Virus record (IMG/VR): IMGVR_UViG_3300008108_000044
Location: 15,509 to 79,508 of that record
Direction: 5' to 3' (one strand)
From: a virus
Length of the DNA stretch: 64,000 nucleotides
This document shows positions 36,601 through 46,614 of this stretch, piece after piece (the stretch's first letter is position 1; each line of letters starts with the position of its first letter). The translations under genes and the position numbers were made by a program. The notes under the pieces are model-generated. The model searched no databases, was not told where the DNA came from, and saw only the letters and a list, made by a program, of their open reading frames with translations.

Positions 36601-39459
36601 AGAAATCTATATCCACAACTTGATCGTGATAATCCAGTATCTGATCCAGATCAGACAAGAACGTTTGCTCTTCCAACACCACTTGGATACACTGAAATTA
36701 ATAATCCTCAGAATAGTATTACAAAAGAGGTTATTAATAAAAATATTAGAGACTTTGTAGTTGGTGTTGGTATTGTCGAGCTTCATTCATCTTCTGGAAC
36801 TTCTCATACAATAACTACTAAAAAAGATCATGGATTAAATTATATTACTAGAGTTGGTATTACTAGTGCTGGTCTTAATTATGGTGATGGAACTGGGAGT
36901 ATTCAGACTCTTTATAATGCTAAACTCGTAGGATTTGCTGGATCAACGACTGGTAAATATGCAACTGCTAATATTGAGATTGACTCCGCTGGTTCAATTT
37001 CTGCAATTAAAATTGTAGATGGAGGATCTGCGTTTGGAATTGGTAATACTCTTGCTGTTGTTGGTGTAGGAACTACAAATGGATGGGTTCCTGGTGTTGT
37101 CACGGTTTTAGATATTCATAATAGTGTTGGGGATATAATCAGAATTGATGGCATCCGTGATAGTAGATTTACTGATTATAACAATCTATACAAGATTGTA
37201 AATGTTCCAACTGGTGATGATCAGAATGTAACGGTATCTTCTGCATCCACAATTTATGCTCGATATCAATTTACGGGCGCTCAACCAATTACTGGCATTA
37301 ATACAAATGGTCTCAGTAACGTTAATGCTACGGTTCTTTCTGACGTTACTGCTTATGTAACTGGTCCATCAGTAGGAATATCCTCATTAACATATAATAA
37401 TGTTACAGGTATTGCTAGTGTTGTAACTTCAAACTCTCATGGAGTTTTAGTTGGAAATAGAGTAGTATTCTCTGGATTTAATCAAGAACTCTATCATGGT
37501 GAGTTTACAGTAACTGAAGTTTATAATGTAAGTAGTTTTGCTGTTAATGTTGGTGTAGGAACAACAAATCCAATTGCTTCTGGATCTGGTGATGTATTCC
37601 CAGTTGGATTTAGCGCACAAAATGATACAATTGATTTTGCGGATGAAGCATCATCTTCAAGACTTGTCTATCAATATGCAGGGATTACAACAACATTAAG
37701 CGTTGCATTAATTGATCCAACAATTAATACACTCACTGTAACAAATGCAACTAAAATTGGATGGGATTTGGGTGATTATATTGTTGTTGATAATGAGATT
37801 ATGCGTATTAGTGAGTCTATCACTTCTGATACTGCAATAGATGTATTCCGTGGTCTATTCGGAACCCAGAAACAAGTTCACCCCGTTGGGTCTGTAGTTA
37901 AAAAAGTTAGATTTAAACCAGTTGAATTTAGAAGAAACTCAATTATTCGTGCTTCTGGACATACTTTTGAATATCTTGGATTCGGTCCTGGTAACTATTC
38001 AACAGCATTACCAGAAAGACAAGATAGACAATTTAGGAGTGTTGAAAGAATCCTATCACAATCGGTATCTGATAATGGAGGAACTCCATTCTATAATGGA
38101 CTAGATGATAAAGGTAACGCTTACACAGTCACTAGATTTACTAGTGGCGCAACGGGACAAGACTTGCTTACCAGTGCTCCAATTCCTACAGTAAGAGGTG
38201 AAGATCTTACAAGTGGTAGTGATGCGGTTGGTTTTGACGTTGATTCAACAGAACAATTAACTGTAAATCGTGGATTAAAAGTTGATGGTGGTAAGGACAA
38301 TAATATTTTATCTGAGTTTAACGGACCTCTTGTGGTTAATGAAAAGTTAACCGTCAATGATTCTGTAGAAACAAATAGTATTCTTATTCAAGGTGATCAA
38401 ATCATTGCAAGAGAATATACCATTGGTATTGCAACTCCAGCAATTGCTGGTAACGTTGGTAATGTTGTATATGATGCAGAACCACCTTCTGGTGGTGAAG
38501 TCGGTTGGGTTTACACCAATGATAATTACTGGAAAAAGTTTGGACCTATTCAATCTGGTAGTGATAATTATTATGTTGGTTTATGGAGCGGTGCATTTAA
38601 AGGTGATGGATCTGGATTGAGCAATGTATCCGACGTTTGGGTATTTGATGGTGTTGGTATTTCAACTACTACTAACGTCGGTGTTGAGACAACTTCAGCA
38701 AAAGTTGGTTATTCATTGTACGTAGCTGGACCAACACTATTTGAAAATAACGTTGAATTTAGAGCAACGTCCTTAACTTGGAATATCACTAATGGATTCT
38801 TAGTTAATACTGGTATTAGTACATTTAACCAGCAGGTTAACATCAATACTATGCGAGTAATTGGTATATCTACATTTAGAAATGATGTTCTAATTACTAC
38901 AAATGATCAAACGACTGGTGATATTGATGGAAACTACCTCAGATTCCAGCAAACAGATCTTGCATTAAATGCTTCTTATACTTATGGTGGTGTAAAATTT
39001 GAAGGTAGAGATATTGGTAATGATGGTGAGCGTGGATACATCAAGGGTGTATCTGAAGGAACTTCTGGTCAATTTGCATTAATATTTGGCACACAAGGAT
39101 CTGGACCTTCAGCACCACAAGAAAGACTTAGAATCAACAATGCTGGTAATGCTACCTTCTCTGGTACTGTCACTGCAAACTCTGATGAGAGATTAAAGGA
39201 AAATGTTGTTGGAATCTCCAATGCATTGTCTAAAGTTCTATCTTTAAGAGGTGTTGAATTTAATCGTATTGGTCAAACAGATCGTGAGATTGGTGTTATC
39301 GCACAAGAAGTTGAGAAAGTTCTACCAGAGCTAGTTCACGAGGGTGTTGATGGTGTTAAGTCTGTTGCATACCAAAATATGGTTGCTGTTCTAATTGAAG
39401 CAATCAAGGAGCAGCAAGCACAGATTGACGAACTCAAAGCACGATTGGACAATCTTTGA
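33640..39459 (+). CDS. Long tail fibre/virion protein with C-terminal intramolecular chaperone (peptidase S74)
   Basis: MGLSRLDNFLKN..PFKTIQRAL; C-terminal NSDERLKEN..GVIAQEVEKVLPELV. Confidence 0.85.
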   Translation: MGLSRLDNFLKNSRGDILYVDPSSIDSTDSIENQGNSLVRPFKTIQRALIEAARFSYQKGLDNDRFSRTTIIVYPGEHVIDNRPGWIPIHDNPITGNNWLTRSGASTNDLTEFTLNSDFDIDSPDNDLYKMNSVYGGVIIPRGTSIVGMDLRKTKIRPKFVPNPSDDTIDSTCLFRVTGTCYFYQFTFFDADPNSNVFKDYGTTKYVPNFSHHKLTCFEYADGVNDVKFKDTYLDYNTNRTDLDIYYQKIGLVYGSSSGREITPDYPSANIDVQSKIDEFRIVGSKGQNVGISSIKAGDGVTSSKKITVDLVESIGGLDVDTPIRIEGIPTGGYNGSFVIKTVESPTRITYEVSSAPGNALPAIVSGAPTLNIVVDSVTSASPYIFNCSLRSVYGMCGLHADGSKADGFKSMVVAQFTGIGLQKDDAAFVKYNAVSGVYEDSTAVSNLHTNSSAVYKPAYENFHIKASNDAFLQLVSVFAIGYANHFVAESGGDHSITNSNSNFGAKAIVCRGFRNDAFPRDDTGYITHILPPQRVESSDITIEFAPIDVEKTISVANTSRLYLYNEFNRNIPPKSVLEGYRIGAKTGDKLKVVINIGNVGVTKEATIIMPETQGTGIYEVSSTKLATIGRTAIGINSITSNIFTATEPHQFTNGESVRILSDDGELPDGLRHNQVYYAITSGINSDQIKLAQTFNDTVSLSAITVNSKGGILQVESRVSDKKSGDIGHPIQYDSAIGQWYITVSQTNNNIYSTIVGLGTAALGRATPKTFISRTPDNRSLDDRIYKVRYVIPRDSTVLGRPPEDAFILQESSSTVGFTNAEVAKFKSIAPAVLSNTSELRNPRFISGASWDAIVGLATFTTDIPHELSVGSKVQIFNVVSTSNTTGLGYTGFNGVFTVLDNPTRREFTVGLTTNPGVFSNNINQRTLDLPRYERKEFNNTLYIYRKEAVQEYIPNAKDGVYHLTLLDSSSSPQVSPFQNLRFSQPVRNLYPQLDRDNPVSDPDQTRTFALPTPLGYTEINNPQNSITKEVINKNIRDFVVGVGIVELHSSSGTSHTITTKKDHGLNYITRVGITSAGLNYGDGTGSIQTLYNAKLVGFAGSTTGKYATANIEIDSAGSISAIKIVDGGSAFGIGNTLAVVGVGTTNGWVPGVVTVLDIHNSVGDIIRIDGIRDSRFTDYNNLYKIVNVPTGDDQNVTVSSASTIYARYQFTGAQPITGINTNGLSNVNATVLSDVTAYVTGPSVGISSLTYNNVTGIASVVTSNSHGVLVGNRVVFSGFNQELYHGEFTVTEVYNVSSFAVNVGVGTTNPIASGSGDVFPVGFSAQNDTIDFADEASSSRLVYQYAGITTTLSVALIDPTINTLTVTNATKIGWDLGDYIVVDNEIMRISESITSDTAIDVFRGLFGTQKQVHPVGSVVKKVRFKPVEFRRNSIIRASGHTFEYLGFGPGNYSTALPERQDRQFRSVERILSQSVSDNGGTPFYNGLDDKGNAYTVTRFTSGATGQDLLTSAPIPTVRGEDLTSGSDAVGFDVDSTEQLTVNRGLKVDGGKDNNILSEFNGPLVVNEKLTVNDSVETNSILIQGDQIIAREYTIGIATPAIAGNVGNVVYDAEPPSGGEVGWVYTNDNYWKKFGPIQSGSDNYYVGLWSGAFKGDGSGLSNVSDVWVFDGVGISTTTNVGVETTSAKVGYSLYVAGPTLFENNVEFRATSLTWNITNGFLVNTGISTFNQQVNINTMRVIGISTFRNDVLITTNDQTTGDIDGNYLRFQQTDLALNASYTYGGVKFEGRDIGNDGERGYIKGVSEGTSGQFALIFGTQGSGPSAPQERLRINNAGNATFSGTVTANSDERLKENVVGISNALSKVLSLRGVEFNRIGQTDREIGVIAQEVEKVLPELVHEGVDGVKSVAYQNMVAVLIEAIKEQQAQIDELKARLDNL

Positions 39460-39466
39460 TCTGGAC

Positions 39467-39490
39467 GGGGGTTGACAAACCCCCTTTTTT
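39467..39490 (+). terminator. Intrinsic terminator
   Basis: GGGGGTT-gaca-AACCCCC plus T6; TTGACA overlaps the loop and TATAAT follows at 39497. Confidence 0.75.
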
Positions 39491-39526
39491 ATGGGTTATA
39501 ATGACTGGAGTTTACAAGCATAGCAC

Positions 39527-42500
39527 TTGATCAACATTTATATGGACACCCTTCGGGGTGCAACCAACAGTTTTAATGTGGGGGAGACGCACTTCTCTTG
39601 GGAAGAACGCCACCGTGGCAGTGACTACGGAAAGGCAAAGCAAGTGCTGACTCAACTTGACTCAAACTATGATCGCTGTGCTTGGTGGACTGATGTATCT
39701 ACTCGTACAGATAAGGATCATCACCACGATTCGATTATCCATGCTTGGTTGCTGACTCTTCCTGGCATCAAAAAGATTGGTCAAGAGACTTTTGAGTTTG
39801 ATCCTAATCTCTATACTCTTGAGATCATTGCTCAGATGATCTATGAGAAGTTTTTCTCTGGCAAACAAGAAGAATACGAAGATTTTCTTCCTCGCCCCTA
39901 TCAAAATAAATTCCTGGATAAGATCAGTCGTGCATGGAAGCAGGCAGAATATCTTGAGTTCCTTCTCTTTGCCAAGTGCCGTGCAGGTAAGTCTGCAATG
40001 GTCCTTAAGCATATCGTAGATAGCAATTATAAACTTTCGATTGTTTGTTCTCGTCAAAAATCTCCTGAGGGATCTTGGAAGAATGATGCTAAGAGGTTTT
40101 TCCGTACTATCAAATATATTTCTGTTAAGGACCCTTCTTGGGAGGTTCAACTTGAATATTGGATGCGGCGTGATGTAAATATCGTTCTCTGGGGTACGGT
40201 TCAAAGTATCATTAAGCGTCTTAACAAGATCAGCAACGTTGATTTTGTTGCTTTTGATGAAGCACATATTGGTGGCACGGCAGATCAATTTGTACAAGTT
40301 AAGAATGCATTGAATGCTCGTACTTGCTATATCTCTGGCACTGCTCATAAACTATGCTGGATGTTCCCTGAGGAAGATCAGAAGTTTGTTTATACTTATT
40401 TTGATGAGCAACTAGATGTTCAGCGGGGAGTTTTTGAGCGCCCTAAGATGAATGTTGCTTTCGCAAAGTATCAAACTGCAGCATATCAGGAATTGTTTGG
40501 TGACGATCCTGATGCAATGAAAAATATCTTTACTATGAAGGGTGATAAGTTCCTTCATGAGTCTCTTGTTCGTGAGTTTATTCACAACTACTTTGGTCCT
40601 CAGCGTGAGATTCGTATCGGAGATCGTCTTCTTAAAGGAACCTATCACATGATGGCAATGCCCAGTGTGAAGGCATGTCATGCATTTCAAGAGTTGGTTA
40701 GCTGCTATTATCCTGCTCTGGTAGTTACTTCCGATACTAAGAATGATCAAGATGATATTAATCGCTTTCTGGATGAACACTCTAAAGCACTCATCATTAC
40801 TCAGTCTGCAAATGTTCTTGGTGTGACTGCTAAGAAGATTGATACTGTTATCAACTGTCGTGGTGGAGAATCCATTGAGTTTTGGACTCAGTTTGCTTTC
40901 CGTGGTGGTTCAGGTGATCATGACTGGTGGGTGATTGATTTTGATGCTCAGCGGTGTCTCCGTGCTATTCACACTGCTTTCCAACTTGCATGTGATAATA
41001 ATCCATCTCTTTCCCAATATAGTGTGGTGGACTTTACCAATATTCATGAGTGGAACAATGGATTTCAAATGCTTTCCAAAGAGATGCTTGAAGATGCTCT
41101 TGCTGCTGACGTTGAAGGAAGCATCTCTACCATCACCAGTATTGTAGAATCTCTGGATCTCAGTAAGATTAGTGATTTTAATCTAAAACTCAAAACCGAT
41201 CTTTCCACGGTTATGAAAGAATCGCAACTTAACGATGAAGGTGCCAATAACAAAAGTTGCATCGTTCGGGAGACTGAACGTGTAAAAAAGTCTGATGACC
41301 TTGATACTCTGAAGAAGCAGACTGTCAAGGCACTGCTTGAATCCATTCCCTTGACCATGTTTTACATTATTCGTAATGGTCAAAATGTGTACTCAATCAA
41401 TGATGTTATTGGATCTGCAGTTTATCCTTCTGTCACGGGTGATTATGAAGGCATTCTTGATGAAGTGATCTCCAAGAATCCTCATAGCATTGAACTTTTG
41501 ACTCGTCGTATTGGGATTGTCTCCAACAGCATTCAAAAAAGTATCAGGGAATCTGTTTCTCACACTATCAATGAACTGTCTGTTTCATCTCAAACTCAAC
41601 AATGTATTCCTGTTGAACTTTTTGATTCTATGATTGACAACTGTAGTGACCTTTCTAACGTTTATATGTTTGGTGATCCTAGTGGTTCTCATACTGCCCG
41701 TCTTTTGGAAAGGGACGTGAACCCGAATAACATTACTGTGTGGGAGAGTTGCGACAGTCATCGTAATCGTGTAAAATATGTAAATGATAGTGTCAACGTT
41801 GTTGGTTCTCACCCAAATATGAAGTTTACTGCTATTCTTGCCAATCCCCCATATAACGACCCAACCAAAAAAGCGAAGAACAATAAACTTTGGCCTATTG
41901 TGGTTGAACAACATCTTGAATTGATTGCTCCTGGTGGAGATTTGTGTGAAGTTACTCCCGCATCTGTTCTTGGAACCACTGGTAAGGGTAAAAAGTTTAT
42001 GAAGTTGTTCTCTACAAAGTATAATCTAAAAATGATTGATTATACTGCGGATGATTATTTTACGGAAGGTGTTGCTATTTGTCGTTGGCATCTTACGAAT
42101 GAACCTTATCAGGGTAAAACCACTGTCATTACTCATGATGGTTCCTTCACTTGGGATTTGCGTGATGGTCTTCCTGTTGTTGGAGATGCCGCTCTCAAGC
42201 ATTCTATTCTTAATAAAATTGCCAACTCCAGTCATCCTCGTATTCCTCTGAAGATGGGTCAAGCAATTGGCAAGGAAGATCACATTCCTGATGGTAAGTA
42301 TGAGATTTACCACTCTTCTAAAAAAATTAAACGTACTAATATTGTTCCTACAACAGGAGATATGCTAAAGTTTATTGTTCCATTCTCTTCTACTTATAAG
42401 AGTGGTGGTATCTTTACCTCTAATGGATGTGTTGGTATGTTTAATTGTTGGTGTCCCATTACTTCGGAGGAAGAAGGAGATCGTCTTAGTAAAATCTTTG

Positions 42501-42670
42501 ACAATAAAATCATTCAGTTCTTTATTGATAATTATAAAAAGACTGCAGGATTTACTCCTGCCATTAAGAATGGTGAGGTTCCTGATATTACTGATTACAC
42601 TAATTTGATTGAACAGTTTGGTTTTACTGAAGAAGAAGTTGAATATTTGAATCGTATCAATGTCATCTAA
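39527..42670 (+). CDS. GIY-YIG-like nuclease + SF2 helicase + amino-MTase (NPPY) fusion, restriction-modification-like
   Basis: IY..VGET..ER..DSIIH..E; AKCRAGKS, DEAH, SGT; ANPPY; C-terminal FGFTEEEVEY. Confidence 0.75.
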   Translation: MINIYMDTLRGATNSFNVGETHFSWEERHRGSDYGKAKQVLTQLDSNYDRCAWWTDVSTRTDKDHHHDSIIHAWLLTLPGIKKIGQETFEFDPNLYTLEIIAQMIYEKFFSGKQEEYEDFLPRPYQNKFLDKISRAWKQAEYLEFLLFAKCRAGKSAMVLKHIVDSNYKLSIVCSRQKSPEGSWKNDAKRFFRTIKYISVKDPSWEVQLEYWMRRDVNIVLWGTVQSIIKRLNKISNVDFVAFDEAHIGGTADQFVQVKNALNARTCYISGTAHKLCWMFPEEDQKFVYTYFDEQLDVQRGVFERPKMNVAFAKYQTAAYQELFGDDPDAMKNIFTMKGDKFLHESLVREFIHNYFGPQREIRIGDRLLKGTYHMMAMPSVKACHAFQELVSCYYPALVVTSDTKNDQDDINRFLDEHSKALIITQSANVLGVTAKKIDTVINCRGGESIEFWTQFAFRGGSGDHDWWVIDFDAQRCLRAIHTAFQLACDNNPSLSQYSVVDFTNIHEWNNGFQMLSKEMLEDALAADVEGSISTITSIVESLDLSKISDFNLKLKTDLSTVMKESQLNDEGANNKSCIVRETERVKKSDDLDTLKKQTVKALLESIPLTMFYIIRNGQNVYSINDVIGSAVYPSVTGDYEGILDEVISKNPHSIELLTRRIGIVSNSIQKSIRESVSHTINELSVSSQTQQCIPVELFDSMIDNCSDLSNVYMFGDPSGSHTARLLERDVNPNNITVWESCDSHRNRVKYVNDSVNVVGSHPNMKFTAILANPPYNDPTKKAKNNKLWPIVVEQHLELIAPGGDLCEVTPASVLGTTGKGKKFMKLFSTKYNLKMIDYTADDYFTEGVAICRWHLTNEPYQGKTTVITHDGSFTWDLRDGLPVVGDAALKHSILNKIANSSHPRIPLKMGQAIGKEDHIPDGKYEIYHSSKKIKRTNIVPTTGDMLKFIVPFSSTYKSGGIFTSNGCVGMFNCWCPITSEEEGDRLSKIFDNKIIQFFIDNYKKTAGFTPAIKNGEVPDITDYTNLIEQFGFTEEEVEYLNRINVI

Positions 42671-43076
42671 AAATAAACATAACAAGCAACATGGATCTAA
42701 ATTAGATAGATCTGATGAGAGAATTAAACAAACTCAGGAAGTTTTTACACCTCCTGAGTTGATTGATAAGATGATTTTGGATCTTCCAGAAGAAGTTCTA
42801 AAAAATCCAAATTCTAAATTTATTGATAATTGTGCTGGTGATGGTAATTTTTTAATTCAATTACTTCAGGCACTTAGAAAGTATCATAGTGAACAGCATA
42901 TTGTAGATAACATGTTGTATGCTGTAGAATTAATGGAAGACAATCATAAAGAATTGTGTAGGAGACTTGACGTTCCAACAAATCACCCCCATTATGTGTG
43001 CTATAATGCCCTTGAGTATCACTACAGGTTTGATGGGACGCTAGGACCAACTACTTTAGACCAATTCTATAACTGA
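42660..43076 (+). CDS. Methyltransferase SAM-binding half (motifs X, I-III)
   Basis: ERIKQTQEVFTP, DNCAGDGNF, YAVELMEDN; no NPPY motif. Confidence 0.75.
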   Translation: MSSKNKHNKQHGSKLDRSDERIKQTQEVFTPPELIDKMILDLPEEVLKNPNSKFIDNCAGDGNFLIQLLQALRKYHSEQHIVDNMLYAVELMEDNHKELCRRLDVPTNHPHYVCYNALEYHYRFDGTLGPTTLDQFYN

Positions 43077-43116
43077 CCACTAGCTCCCCTCTGGGGGGCA
43101 AATTTTGCTGTATAAT
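43059..43116 (+). promoter_or_regulatory. Putative early-gene promoter module
   Basis: Upstream motif, GC hairpin and TTTTGCTGTATAAT; same layout at 63151-63208. Confidence 0.55.
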
Positions 43117-43128
43117 ATTCCTATCGTT

Positions 43129-44367
43129 ATGACACCCATGCAACTTCGTCCCCACCAATCCGAAGCACTTGCCATCATGGAGCGTATCCTCAAGGGTATG
43201 ATAGTGGTTCCCACTGGCGGTGGTAAGTCCCTGATTGCTATCATGGATGCTGTACGCCAATTCCTTTTTGGCAATAAGACCATTGTAGTGGTTGCTCCTC
43301 GCCTCATGCTTGCTCGTCAGTTGTCTGCCGAGTTTACTGAGCACATTACAAATGCTTCTGTGATGCATGTCCACTCTGGTAAAGATCTTCCTTACTTCAC
43401 CAGTACCAAACCAAATGAGATCTTCTCCTGGTGCTATCATACTAAAGGTAACAAGTTGATCTTTACCACGTACCAATCTTTGCATCGTATTCAAGAAGCA
43501 AACATTGCTGTTGATACTATCTACTATGATGAAGCGCACAATTCTGTTAAAAAGAGTTACTTCCCTTCCGTCAAGCATTTCTCTGCTGTTGCTGACCGCA
43601 GTTATTTCTTCACTGCTACTCCTAAGTATTCTTCCACTCCTGCCAAACCTGGGATGAACGATACTAGTGTGTATGGTGGCATTATCTACAATGTCCCTGC
43701 TCCACGCCTTGTCAAGAATGGTTCTATCCTTCCTCCTAAGATCAATGCCATCAATGTTGGTGGCATTCGTCTGAAGGGCGAGGAGGCAGCAGAGAGGGAT
43801 TGCATGACCCTTCTGGACACTCTGTACAACGAAGATTGTATGGAGAAGGTGCTGATTGCTGCTCCTAACACAAAGGTCATGATTCGTATGCTTGCGGAGA
43901 CTGACTTTATGAAGGAAGTTCAGTCAATGGGTTACGATCTTCTTTGGATCACTAGCAAGCATGGTGCATTCCTTAATGACAAGAAGATCACTCGTGAGCA
44001 CTTCTTTAACCTTGTCCGCGAGTTTGGTGCTGATCCTGATAAGAAGTTTATTGTTCTTCACTACTCTATTCTCAGCGAAGGTATCTCTGTCCCTGGTCTT
44101 ACTTCTCTGGTTCTTATGCGTCAGATGAACGTGATTGAGATGTGTCAGTCTGTTGGTCGTGTTATTCGTCTCCATCTTGACGATGTGAAGCGTATTCAGG
44201 ATGGTACTCTGACTCCTGGTAACCTACAGGATTACACCAAATCGTTTGGTTTGGTCCATGTTCCTGTGTACAGCAACGTTGGTATTGCCACTGTTAAACG
44301 CCTACAAAACGTGGTTGACACTGTGTTTGTTGAAGGTCAACCTGCAATCTCTACTATTAAGAGGTAA
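43129..44367 (+). CDS. SF2 DEAD/DEAH helicase (type III Res-like)
   Basis: LRPHQ, PTGGGKS, DEAH, TATP, QSVGRVIR; start placed after the promoter. Confidence 0.9.
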   Translation: MTPMQLRPHQSEALAIMERILKGMIVVPTGGGKSLIAIMDAVRQFLFGNKTIVVVAPRLMLARQLSAEFTEHITNASVMHVHSGKDLPYFTSTKPNEIFSWCYHTKGNKLIFTTYQSLHRIQEANIAVDTIYYDEAHNSVKKSYFPSVKHFSAVADRSYFFTATPKYSSTPAKPGMNDTSVYGGIIYNVPAPRLVKNGSILPPKINAINVGGIRLKGEEAAERDCMTLLDTLYNEDCMEKVLIAAPNTKVMIRMLAETDFMKEVQSMGYDLLWITSKHGAFLNDKKITREHFFNLVREFGADPDKKFIVLHYSILSEGISVPGLTSLVLMRQMNVIEMCQSVGRVIRLHLDDVKRIQDGTLTPGNLQDYTKSFGLVHVPVYSNVGIATVKRLQNVVDTVFVEGQPAISTIKR

Positions 44368-44369
44368 TT

Positions 44370-44543
44370 ATGTTAGAAGGATTTGTAACAAAAGATGGTT
44401 ATGCTGCCGTACCATTTGGCAAACAACTTATGATCATCTATAATGGAGAGCAACTGGAAGTATGTAAAACTATCAGATCTGCTAACAATTTTATCAAGAA
44501 ACACCGCTCACAACCTCAATCTGGAACTGTATTTGTAAAATGA
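44370..44543 (+). CDS. Hypothetical protein (57 aa)
   Basis: GAGG RBS; YAAVPFGKQLMIIYNG. Confidence 0.65.
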   Translation: MLEGFVTKDGYAAVPFGKQLMIIYNGEQLEVCKTIRSANNFIKKHRSQPQSGTVFVK

Positions 44544-44734
44544 AAACTAAATTTGTTTGTGTAAGTCCTATTAGTAAGGAAGCAAAATTCAAGTTCAATT
44601 CCGATATGCTTCAATTTCACTCTTGTAGGGTTAAAGAGGAAGATTCTTCCCGTTACTACCTTGAGTCTTTGAACAAATCTTATTACTTCTGGGTTGATAA
44701 GAAATCAGATCCTAATTGGAGAATTGAAAAATGA
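44540..44734 (+). CDS. Hypothetical protein
   Basis: ATGA-coupled ORF. Confidence 0.65.
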   Translation: MKTKFVCVSPISKEAKFKFNSDMLQFHSCRVKEEDSSRYYLESLNKSYYFWVDKKSDPNWRIEK

Positions 44735-44955
44735 AATTGGAACCATCTTCTGATCCTAGTACTTTGGTTAAAATTACGGTTGATCAGGAAGGACTACGGA
44801 CAATGATTAAAGCTGCAATTTGTGCCATTAGATATGGTGAAGATTGGAATTTTGGAGATGAGTATGATCTAGATCTCACTCCATATCATGACATGCGAGA
44901 TCGTCTTATTGAAAAATACAGGGAGGTTTATTCCGATGAAAATTTCACAATCTGA
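44731..44955 (+). CDS. Hypothetical protein
   Basis: ATGA-coupled ORF. Confidence 0.6.
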   Translation: MKLEPSSDPSTLVKITVDQEGLRTMIKAAICAIRYGEDWNFGDEYDLDLTPYHDMRDRLIEKYREVYSDENFTI

Positions 44956-45118
44956 ACTTAAGCACCAACGTCTTCAGGCATGGTTGCGTGAACATGAGTG
45001 TGATGATATTGAATATCTTGGTGAGAAAGGTGGTGAATACTGGTATCGTATTGGACCACATGAAATTACATCCGACCAATTTGAAGACATTGAATTCGTC
45101 GGTATGGTAGATGATTAA
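44936..45118 (+). CDS. Hypothetical protein
   Basis: GGAGG RBS before ATG 44936. Confidence 0.6.
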   Translation: MKISQSELKHQRLQAWLREHECDDIEYLGEKGGEYWYRIGPHEITSDQFEDIEFVGMVDD

Positions 45119-45596
45119 ACAATTTTTTGTAGAGGATGAAGTAAGCGATTACTTTAATCTTCTACTTCTTTTTGTTTCTGATAACGCCGATGTCTATAAA
45201 GACTCTAAAAATAGTTCTTTAAGTAGTAATTGTTTTTCTACATTAAATCTTTTAGATAAAGTACCATCGGAAAAATTTTATAACTATATTGGTATTCTTT
45301 TATCTTTATGTCAACGCGAGTTGAATTTAAACTTGGAATATTTTTATATTCATATGGTAAACTATGAGAATGGTGGTGACATGAAAATTCACCAACATAT
45401 TCACAATGAGGATTATAGTTTCATATTATATTTAAATTCCTGCACAGACGGAAATACCATTCTTCACTTGGATAATAAAACACATAAAGTAATTCCTGTT
45501 AAAAATAAGGTTTTACTATTCCCATCAAATATTCCTCACTCTGCAGAATATTCAAACTCTAAAAAAGTTTTGGTTGGTGGATTAAAATTAAAATAA
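45111..45596 (+). CDS. 2OG-Fe(II) oxygenase
   Basis: HQH..YSFILYLN..LLFPSNIPHSA. Confidence 0.75.
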   Translation: MIKQFFVEDEVSDYFNLLLLFVSDNADVYKDSKNSSLSSNCFSTLNLLDKVPSEKFYNYIGILLSLCQRELNLNLEYFYIHMVNYENGGDMKIHQHIHNEDYSFILYLNSCTDGNTILHLDNKTHKVIPVKNKVLLFPSNIPHSAEYSNSKKVLVGGLKLK

Positions 45597-45607
45597 AGAG
45601 AGAACTT

Positions 45608-45790
45608 ATGGAAAAAGAACAAAAACGTCGTGATGCATTCAACCTTTTTTATGAAAGTGTTCTAAAACCTGATCATGATTTAAGGCAACAAGCGCACGAG
45701 CAAAAATGTTTTCATGAACTTATGGAGTGGAGGGAAGAAATTTTACATTATCTAGATAAGAAAAGAGCAGAAGATTTTACATATGAGTAA
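45608..45790 (+). CDS. Hypothetical protein
   Basis: FYESVLKPD..CFHELMEWR. Confidence 0.65.
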   Translation: MEKEQKRRDAFNLFYESVLKPDHDLRQQAHEQKCFHELMEWREEILHYLDKKRAEDFTYE

Positions 45791-45795
45791 TTAAT

Positions 45796-46614
45796 ATGCT
45801 AAAAGTACCTCATGAAATACAACTACATGTAACACACTCTTGCAATTTAACTTGCGAGGGATGCACTCATTATATGAACCAAGGACACTCTGGTTCTGTA
45901 ACTTTAGAAGAAGCTGCAAAATGGATGGATAACTGGAATACAAAAGTCCTTCCAATGAGGTTTACTCTGATGGGTGGTGAACCAGCACTACACCCAGATC
46001 TGGTGGAGTTTGTTTATTTGGCAAGGAAGAAATGGCCAAATTCGTATCTTGATTTGATATCGAATGGTTTTTATTTGTATAAACACCCAGATCTTTGGAA
46101 GGCATTAAAAGAAACTAAGACAACCTTAGGAGTCTCTGTACATTCGGATGGAGATCCTGAGTATAGAAAAAAGTTTGAACCAGTCTACCAGTTAATGAAG
46201 GAGTGGATTGCAAAAGGTGCTCCAGTTGAGATGAGACCCTCAATTATTCACTGGATCAGGCAATACAAAGGATTTGGGGATAAAATGGAACCGTATGAGG
46301 ACAATGATCCAAAAAAAAGTTGGAAATATTGTGTCTCAAAATTGTGTGTGCAATTACATGAAAACAAGTTGTGGAAGTGTCCAGCGTTAGCATATTTGCC
46401 GATGCAAGCAGAAAAATATAATCTTTCTGAAAAATGGGATCCATATCTTAAATATGTTCCGTTAAATAGTGATTGTACAAAAGAGGAATTGAAGGACTTT
46501 TTTACTCGTAAAGAAGAGTCTTTTTGTTCTATGTGCCCTGCAAAAGAAGAATTCTTTACTCCACAAAATCCATTATTACCAGTAAGTTATTGGAAAAAGT
46601 TATATGACACTTGA
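45796..46614 (+). CDS. Radical SAM protein
   Basis: CNLTCEGC, GGEP, SNG; auxiliary Cys (WKCP, CSMC). Confidence 0.9.
   Translation: MLKVPHEIQLHVTHSCNLTCEGCTHYMNQGHSGSVTLEEAAKWMDNWNTKVLPMRFTLMGGEPALHPDLVEFVYLARKKWPNSYLDLISNGFYLYKHPDLWKALKETKTTLGVSVHSDGDPEYRKKFEPVYQLMKEWIAKGAPVEMRPSIIHWIRQYKGFGDKMEPYEDNDPKKSWKYCVSKLCVQLHENKLWKCPALAYLPMQAEKYNLSEKWDPYLKYVPLNSDCTKEELKDFFTRKEESFCSMCPAKEEFFTPQNPLLPVSYWKKLYDT

Noticed and set aside
39662-42685. Several long antisense ORFs (up to 228 aa) in the helicase-MTase gene, and 10211-10780 in gp32
   Set aside because: Shadow ORFs produced by codon bias; no motifs or RBS.
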